Position numbers and translations under genes: made by a program
From: Eledone cirrhosa
Lineage: Eukaryota
Direction: 5' to 3'
Assembly: GCA_964016885.1 (NCBI GenBank)
Contig: OZ024743.1
Location: forward strand, 22,940,001-23,004,000
Length of the DNA: 64,000 nucleotides
The notes under the pieces: model-generated
What the model saw: only the letters and a program-made list of their open reading frames with translations
Database searches by the model: none
What the model was told of the DNA's origin: nothing
In this document: positions 52,800-64,000 of the stretch, piece by piece
Layout: every line of letters begins with the position of its first letter
Numbering within the stretch: the first letter of the stretch is position 1

Positions 52800-53830
52800 T
52801 AATGTCTCAGACCTTCCTTAAATCCTTTAGAAAACTCCGCTAGTTAGAACCGAGTTCCACAACAACTGAATTTCTTTATCACTTTGTTACCTTACAAAAC
52901 ATTTTCATCATAACACGTGACTTTCTGAACACATGTAAAATCCGGGTTTATTCCAATATTTCTTGTTATTTCGTTCTTCACTTCCGGTCACGCTGATTGC
53001 TATATCACTTATTTTACGTGGTCAGCTGTTGAAGTTCCATAAGCACTCTTTTTGTAATTAGTTTTCAAGGCCTGAATTATTTCAGATCCAATGGTATTAA
53101 AACTACAGTTCATTTGGGTGGAAAGTACACCACCCTAATTGCAGTTCATTTTGACGGAAAATTCTCCACCTAGCTGCAATTCAATTCGGTGAAAAATACT
53201 CCACCCCAAATGCAGTTCAATTTTGCGGAAAATACTCCATACTAATTACAGTTCATTTTGGCGGAAAATACTCCACCAAAACTACAGTTCAATTTCACAG
53301 GAAATCTTGCAATAATTTTTTTGTTCCTCTTCTATGTGTGGGCCCAAGCGGGAACCTTCGACGGAAATGTTCCCTCCGCCTATTTTTAAATGGTGCACTC
53401 TCAGATTTTGAAATCTTGACCGGTTTGATTAACCAAGCGACAAACAACCAACTTGTCATACACTGAATATGTCTTCTTGGTAGTATAAAGAAATAAATTC
53501 CTTTATTTTTTTCTTCTTTCATCACACTTGCATTTTGTAATAGAATGGCAGCTCCTGCTCATCAGATAATACAGGTTGTTATCCTGCAGGGATCACGAAA
53601 TCGATGCAGCATCCGAAACTAGTCTACTTAATCCGAATGGGTCAGAGATTTGTCATATACGTATAAGCAGCCATTATGCATTTTCGGTGGAGGTCAACGT
53701 TTCTATCGTTCTATTTTTCTTCATCTCTAGAGGCATGTTAAACTACAACTCAATGTCTTTTTTTTTTCGAATCAATGCGTTCCACAATTTTTTGTGTATC
53801 AATTGCTAAGCGATGACACCTAAACTATTT
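52800..53830 (-). mobile_element. Degenerate Tigger/pogo transposase remnant
   Basis: Minus-strand pieces MLHRFRDPCRI (cf. GWLxRFKxRHGI), YYQEDIF (cf. Y.PEDIFNxDETG) and VVYFPPK*TVVLIPLDL..QALKTNYKK (cf. FLPPNTTSxLQPLDQGII). Boundaries approximate. Confidence 0.6.
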
Positions 53831-54108
53831 ACGTACATAGCCGTCGGGTATCCAGATTAGAATTGAAGGATCGGGAAGTTTAATAAACATGTAGTTGCTT
53901 ACAGCGTTGATTAACTGCCTAGATACCGGCTCTTTCATGTATAAATTCAAAAGATATCCATGGCATTAAAGGTTTCAGATCTGGCGGAATATGTCCACTA
54001 CTGTTGTTTAGAAGATTTCTTTATGTTGTGATTGTTTTTTGTGGATTTTTTTAATAACAATGTCAGGATAATAATATGTTGTAGTTTGCTTGAAGCATTG
54101 TATATGAT

Positions 54109-54348
54109 ATATAATGGAAAGAGATAGAAAGCTAAACAATGCAAAATGGACTGTAAGATGAGATAACGAAAAGGTAAGTTCCTTAAACTCTGAAAGAAGG
54201 AAATGTTAGGTCCCGAACTATTAGGACAGAAGAAAGAACAGCAACAACAACAAACAAAACAAAGATTACCAGGTAACTTACTTTTTCGTTACCTCATCTT
54301 ACAGTCCATTTTACATTGTTTAGCCTTCTATCTCTTTGCACATTATAT
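54109..54348. repeat. ~75-bp imperfect inverted repeats around an ~87-bp spacer
   Basis: AAAATGGACTGTAAGATGAG.TAACGAAAA / TTTTCGTTA.CTCATCTTACAGTCCATTTT. ATAT ends. Confidence 0.7.
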
Positions 54349-54351
54349 AAT

Positions 54352-54541
54352 AATTGTTTCTACTTTTGGCACAAGGCCAGCAATTACCCAGTGTTTTACT
54401 GGTACTTTATTTTATCTACCCCGTAAAGATGAAAGGCAAAGTTAACCTCGGCGGGATTTCAACTCAGAATATCAAGGGCCGTAACTCTATGCGTCAAAGC
54501 ATGGTGTCCGACCCTCTACCGATACTGCCAATCCACCGCCT
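54352..54541 (-). mobile_element. SINE family A with a probable 15-bp target-site duplication (ACATTATATAATAAT)
   Basis: Full body; the same 15-mer is on both flanks. Further copies at 54972-55177 and 58093-58270. Confidence 0.8.
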
Positions 54542-55540
54542 GACATTATATAATAATGTCAGGCGTTTACAATGGGGTTCTCTTTCATTTTCATCATTCA
54601 ACATTCTAATATCACTGGGTATAATCACATTTTTTAAGCCTAGTCTTTGAAATTAAATATACATTTGCCCGCTAACGAGACAGAAATGAGCATAACCATC
54701 AACAAGCAGACGACCTTTCTTCATATACGTATGTAGATAGTTGTCATTTGAATAGAAATCATGATGTGAAAGTCAAAGTTTACGATAGCAAAAGGTCATC
54801 ACTTGAACTGAAATTTCTGTAAGAAACTGATAGAGTAAACCAAACAAATTAATGTTCCTACTACTGATTATTTCAAATTATATCACGAAGCCTCTAAAAC
54901 TGCCCTGTGTCCCTACGTGATACATTTCCAATGGTACAATAATAGTCATCTTAGAAGCTCATTATTTTAAAATAAGGCAAGTAATTTTTTTTTTTTGTGG
55001 GGGGGGAATTGATTAAATCGACCCCAGTGTATTACTGGTGCTTTATTTTATCTAACCCATAAGGATGAGAGGCAAAGTTAACCTCGGCGGGATTTGAACT
55101 CAGATTGTAAAGGGCCATAACTCTATACTGCAAAGCACGTTGTCCGACACTCTACCGATTTTGCCAATCCATTGCCACATTATTTAAAAATAATAAAAAC
55201 AAATCTGCTGAATATTTTACAAGAATATGGTGAAAGAGAAAAACTAATATGCGATTAAAAGTATTTCTACTTCACAGAATATTTAAGGTAAGCCAAAGTT
55301 CTAATGTTCAAGTAAAAGGATCGCCTGTCTGAAGAAATGAGCAGATTTAATCCACATATTGTTTATACTCTTTAACCAGCAAATCTTTTAATATTCCATT
55401 CTCTCTTTCCATCTCTCTCTCTTTCTTTCACCTTCTTCTTCTTCTTCTTCTTCTTCTTCTTCTTCTTCTTCTTCTTCTTCTTCTTCTTCTCTCTCTCACT
55501 CTCTCTCACTCTCTCTCTCACTCTCTCTCTCTCTCTCACA

Positions 55541-55577
<37 letters not shown>

Positions 55578-55593
55578 TGTATAGTCTCATTTC

Positions 55594-55638
<45 letters not shown>

Positions 55639-56879
55639 TCATATAAGTATACATATGGAGTGGTATCCGTGCCGTTATTGTTGGTGTTATATCGAAAACA
55701 TGATAGCATTTAAGTTTTATATTGTTTTATTTGGAATATTTTGTATTTTCACACCAATCCTTTAGGTTTGTTATGAACAACAAACTGAACTGTCTACCCA
55801 TTGAATTAGCAAGTAATTGTCTAAGTATTTCACAGACACGGGTATTCTTTGCATAATCCGCACGCAGAATATGTGTAACAAAGTGTGAAGAAAACATGAA
55901 CCTTTGATTTACGGATACAATCTTTTGGACGGTATCCTGCATAAGTTTTGACTATTCAATTCCCTTCTAAATGTTTAGGTCAATTCCAGGTTATGTCAAA
56001 AGACACTTAACTAAGATAACACACAGTGGAATCAACCACGAACATCGTGATTATGAAGCGATCTTCTTAAACATTATGGTTAATGCATTTAATTTTCTGG
56101 AATAGTGTATCCAAGACTATTAGACACAATTTGTTTATTTTATTTTTATAAAACAGTATATCAGACCTGTCAACTCTTCCTGTCCGACGGGGAGATCTCC
56201 CACCCACTTTGGGGTAGGTGAGAGATGTCTTCTCTTGTGAAAATGGGTATAGCTTTCATTATGTAAAATCGCCCCATTTTGCCTCATTTCTACCCCTTTT
56301 GGGGCACTTTTTTTCATGGGTCTTTAGAGGTTGGCAGATCTGGTATATAGTGTGCTTTGAGGTAATTTTTACGATATTTTCTTGCATGTCGGGTAATCAC
56401 ATAGAGAATCCATCGTTCGTTTAAAATATGTTTAGTTTATGAGTGGTTTGCAGTACCTGCGCTTTAATGTGGCAGATGTGTTTTCTGTTGTTAATAAAGC
56501 TTTAATGGCTAATCAAATCTAATAAAGTTTCTCCTTGCCTAATAATAACAGAACTTTATGTCTGGGCTAAAGAAAATATCGTCTCTCTTCTCCACAAGTA
56601 ATTAGAGCAACAACAACGGTAATAAAAACAGCAGCAGTTACAACAACAACGACAAACACAACAACGGCAGCAGCAATACGTCAATAACAGCAACAACAAT
56701 ACAAATAAAAACAACTGAAGCAACAACAACAATAACAGCAGAAGGAGCAGTGACGACATAAACAGATGCAACATCACTAGAATTTTTATCATTCTCATTA
56801 CCACCCTACTATCGTCGCCGCCTCCACCACCACTATTACCGCCTTCACCACTACTACCGCTTCCACCACTACTACTGAC

Positions 56880-57542
56880 TCAACCACCACCACTACCACC
56901 ACCACCACTACCACCTCCACCACCACTACCACCACCACCACCTCCACCACCACTACCGCCTCCACCACCACTACCGCCTCCACCACAATCACCACCACCA
57001 CCACATCCACCACCACTACCGCTGCCACAACCACTACCACTACCACCAACATCGCTTCCACCACCACTACCATCACCACCACTACCACTACCACTAACCA
57101 CCACCACTACCACCATCACCTCTTCCGCCTCCACCACCATTACCGCCTCCACCACCACTACCACCTCCACCATCACCTCTACCGCCTCCACCACCATTAC
57201 CGCCTCCACCACCACTACCACTCCACCATCACTACTACCACCTCCACCACCACTATCGCCTCCACCACTACTACCGCCTCCACCACCACTACCGCTGCCA
57301 CAACCACTACCACCAACATCGCCTCCACCACTGCCACTACCATCACCACCACTACTACTACCACCTCCACAACCACTACCGCCACCTCCACCACCACCAT
57401 TACCGCCACCACCACTACCGCCTCCACCACTACCGCCTCCACTACCACTACCCACCACCGCCACCACCACTGCCACCGCTGTTATCATCTCCACAAGCAA
57501 TAGTATGACAGCAAATGCAATTGGCAATCGACTCAGTTTCAT
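56880..57542 (-). CDS. Possible secreted glycine-rich protein (uncertain)
   Basis: Non-repetitive N-terminus MKLSRLPIAFAVILLLVEMITA looks like a signal peptide and runs into G/S-rich repeats. The frame drifts into Val-rich sequence within the repeat. Confidence 0.3.
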   Translation of the reverse strand: MKLSRLPIAFAVILLLVEMITAVAVVVAVVGSGSGGGSGGGGSGGGGNGGGGGGGSGCGGGSSSGGDGSGSGGGDVGGSGCGSGSGGGGGSSGGGDSGGGGGSSDGGVVVVVEAVMVVEAVEVMVEVVVVVEAVMVVEAEEVMVVVVVVSGSGSGGDGSGGGSDVGGSGSGCGSGSGGGCGGGGDCGGGGSGGGGGSGGGGGGGGSGGGGGSGGGGSGGG

Positions 57543-58391
57543 TTAAGTATTTCAACTACTAAACACATACCCTCGTAACATAAAATACAAATGTATTAGT
57601 AAGAAGAGCACAGCAAATAACCATACAAAGAAACAAAAAAAAAAACCAAATTTACATAAAGTACTAATATGCATACAATAGCAAATAACAATAACAAAAA
57701 AATATGAAAGAAAAACATTTGATTGCTTCCGGTCGATATCCGTGATTTAATACCTCTCCTGTTAATTACAAAAAAAACGTTATTTCCTTTAAAATATCAA
57801 ACAGAGAAAGTGAGACATATGTGAGTGTGAGAAAGAGAGAGAAAGTTAGCAAAAGGGCGGGGGCGAAAGATAGAGTGAATGAAAGAATGGAAAGAAAGTG
57901 GAAGAGAGAAGAGATGGAGAAGAAGAAAAAACGAAAAGGAAAAAAATACTGAAGGGAAAAATACTAGATTTCAAAGTAAGAGGAAAATTATTTTATTATA
58001 GTAGTTGATTGTTAAACAGTATAGTCGCAGAGATTATTAGAAATCTATGTTTTTTTCATTCTCAATTATTGTCGTATGTACAACATTCCAAATATTTGTT
58101 TCTACTTTTGGCACAAGGCCAGAAATTATCCCAGTCCATTAATGGTACTTTATTTTATCGACCCCGTAAGGATGAAAGGCAAAGTTAACCTCGGCGGGAT
58201 TTGGACTCAGGCCATAAAGGGACGTAACTCTATGCTGCAAAGCATGGTGTCCAACACTCTACCAATACTGAAATAATGTACTTAATATATTAATAGAGAA
58301 GGTACATATTTATTTCATATAGACATGACTTTCAGAGGAATAGAAGTGTTTCATTCATATTATATATATATACACACTCACACTCACACAC

Positions 58392-60419
<2,028 letters not shown>

Positions 60420-61135
60420 CTAAACTACCCGTCCTTTGGACGATGTAGCTCATTAAACTAAACAAAGTAAATTTGAATACATAGAAGAAAAACGTACTTT
60501 ATGTAAATATGAAAACCTTAGGCACTATTCCAGCGAAATATTTAATATGTGAGCTCGGTGTCATCCGTTATACCATATAACAACAGAAATCTAGTCTAAG
60601 TATAAATTTTTTTGACAACAGTAAAAGCGCATCATGAAATAGAGAAGTGAAGTGAATAATAGACACTATTATGTACAAAGCATATTATTGTAAAAGTTAT
60701 GACATCACTTAATGTATGAACATCAAGCTTGAAACGATAAATTATACAATGTCAAATCTATAACTTAACTTAGTCATCTGTTAGAAATTGCTGGTTGTGA
60801 AATATACAAAATGACATTGTTAGTCTCGAGGAAGCGTACCTTTTGTTTCAAGTACAAAGAGTAAATTAAAATCCGAATGAGCCGAATTACTTAAAGAAAA
60901 CTCTTGGCTTACTTAAACACGAAAATTCACAGAAATAACCGAAATTTTTTAATGTCTCCAAAGGCCCCAATATCGATTTTTGAAAGCTTTTGTAGATCAT
61001 GTACAGGTTTTGTGCAAGGAGAAGCTCTGTAAAAAATCTCAATGAAATCGCATGAATGGTTTAGAATATATGAGCCCTCATTAAAAATTGTCCACACACA
61101 CATACAGTAAACTTCGTCTTTATATATATACAGAT

Positions 61136-61229
<94 letters not shown>

Positions 61230-62838
61230 CAATATTATTATATTATTATATTATTAAGGCTAAAAGGTGAGTCTTGTTACTCCGGAGTTTCGCCTGTTTG
61301 TCACATGTTCATCGTCTGACAGACAGACATACAGACAGACGGGGTCAGAGCAGTAGGAAACTCATAGTTTAGGTATTGAAAAAAAGGCTGCGTTAGTTAC
61401 AATAATAATATAAGTCCCAAGTTATCACGTGGGACAAACGCCCTCCACCGAAAACTATATGTGTGCGTGCGTGTGTGTGTATGTGTGTGTAACTATCGAT
61501 TTCTTATAATTGATAAAATATGATGAGTTAGTGTGTCATAAGGAGAAGAGTGTTTTGACGTTTCCCCATTTATTATCTAGGTACATTGCCATACAGATAT
61601 AATGATAGTTAATAAACAAAGACTTTTTGGAACAAACCCAGTCGCGACTGCATCTATTCGTGCTTGTTTCCGTTGCCAAAATGTATTTATATATGTTAGC
61701 TGTCAACTTAAATAAGGATAATTGATATTTATAGCTTGGGGAAATTGGTAAGATACAGTGATGAATATGATAGTTGAAATATGCGACCAAAGCTATACAG
61801 CAAGATATAAGTTTGTGATAAGTCCAAGTCGTAACCTTGTTTACATTCCAAGGTGAAGCTAATTGACTTCATATTCGCTAATGTTTGGAAATCTCGAGAT
61901 TTCATTTGCCATCCCATCTCAGGGTTCTATTGTCAAAAGAAAGCAACATTGTAATTGAAATGAAAAATTAAACTAAGTTTAGCAAGGTAAAAGACAAGGT
62001 AAGTATATTGGTTTAGATTTAACATGAACCGTTCCATTATATAATCAGAATAATTGTCAGGCCTAATATTAGCCAAAAGGTTAATGATAGAAGCAAAAGT
62101 AAATATCTTTTTTTATACAGCTCTTTACATTTAGGAATATGTTGATGAATTTGAATATATTTTGCAATATTAACTGTTTAAACGAACATTAACTTAAACA
62201 TATTTCACTATGTACTTAAATGTGGGAAGGTGTCCCTATTAACAGTTCGTGTATGGTTTTGGCTTTCGTTTTACTTGCAGCCTGCTCACTATATAATATA
62301 ATTCAATAAGTTGCTTAAAATAGCAAAAGCATTTGCGGAGTTAAATGCAAACAAAAAACAGAAACAGAAAAATCTGATGTTCCTATGATTGTGTTACGTG
62401 AGTATGAGATATATCATTAGCCGTTCACTATTATTACTTATAAAATGGTGAGATTAATACATATCGTTTTTTTAAGTATGAAAATTATAGCTTCTATTCT
62501 ACATTATCAACTAGATTGTATTGCGAAATTCTGCTTCTAATACGTCAGGACTATGATTCGTTTTAAATACGAGTCATTGTCTTGAAGGAAGAAGCTGCAT
62601 CAATGGCTTTTGCCAACCCCTCGAGACCGGGTAATATTAAATATGATGTGGATAAATGCCAGCAATCGGAACCGCTGACAAAGAAAGACAGGTATTACAC
62701 AAACATAACTTAAAGTGCTAAACGTTGTGTCAGGAAGAAACGCCTAAATAATTGGCATAGCTACATATATAAAGAGGCATGCAGATACATACATACATAC
62801 ATACATACATACATACATACATACATACATACATACAT

Positions 62839-63347
<509 letters not shown>

Positions 63348-63647
63348 TAATCTATAAAGCTCAGTGTGTGGTCATGCTCCTTCGTTATAGAAATCTACGA
63401 TATAGAATTTCTTCAATTGAAATTTACAATTCAGTATTCGAAATAGCTTCGATTGCGTCTTGACGGAGATAATTTTTTCAATTTCACCCACAATTACGCA
63501 AAAAAAATAGATAAAACTCAATATTTTACGATTTTTCTCTCTCATTTAAACTGCTGAACTCTTTCTACTACCATTCAACATTTATACAACTTCATACTTT
63601 CTGCTACTTTCTCTTTCCAAGCTTGATGGTGATACTGTCCGTTCACA

Positions 63648-63868
63648 CCACTCCCTACTGTACTAAATTTAGAAAACACATATCCTCTATGAGGTTACTA
63701 AACCTGATAGAAACAGCAGCTAACTCTCCCCCATATCACATCACTCCCTACTGTCTTAAATTTAGAAAACACATATCTTCTATAAGGTCACTAAACCTGC
63801 TAGAAACAACAGCTAACTCTCCCTCATATCACAACCCTCCCTACTGTCTTAAATTTAGAAAACACACA
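63648..63868. repeat. ~93-bp tandem repeat (about 2.3 units); related GCTAGAAATAGC motif repeats at about 22365-22700
   Basis: CTCCCTACTGT.TAAATTTAGAAAACAC occurs three times. Confidence 0.75.
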
Positions 63869-64000
63869 GACAACCATGCAGAACAACTCCATCGCAGCTC
63901 AGTTGTTCGGCTGGCATCGTCTACGTGCGTGTTGCGCAAGTACTGTGAAACAATAAATTTCAACACTTTTTTGCACAGAGATAATATACATAGGCGAAAC

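Noticed and set aside
60416-60445. Helitron 3' end on the minus strand (CGTCC-AAA-GGACG hairpin before CTAA)
   Set aside because: The terminus is not CTAG and no matching 5' end was identified; suggestive only.

Overview
Eukaryotic, AT-rich, microsatellite-saturated genomic DNA, mostly intronic or intergenic. The SINE sequences and repeat landscape look like an octopus or other cephalopod genome; this is an inference from recall, not a search. Nearly all short ORFs in the track are artefacts of (TA)n, (CA)n, (GA)n or (GGT)n repeats. Real content: (i) RLE-type non-LTR retrotransposons (R4/Dong-like), including one long uninterrupted RT + CCHC + RLE frame at 41434-43509; three copies of that family end in (CATA)n. 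(ii) Degenerate RTE, HERO-like, L1/Tx1-like, Tc1/mariner and Tigger/pogo remnants. (iii) A dozen or more tRNA-derived SINE copies. (iv) One convincing signal-peptide exon on the minus strand (28095-28232) and a weaker Gly-rich secreted-protein candidate. The most striking signal is not in the ORF track. At least six unrelated families of short elements sit inside (TA)n tracts, form long near-perfect fold-back palindromes or a tandem direct repeat, and carry type I hammerhead ribozyme cores (CUGANGA...GAAA...NUH, usually with a closing helix I). One copy (58464-59150) retains a C-terminal GIY-YIG-type endonuclease fragment, which ties the set to Penelope-like elements (pLTR + tail architecture). 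Another (59271-60383) has two ribozymes 659 nt apart, a retrozyme/circRNA-like layout. All coordinates and alignments were read by eye.
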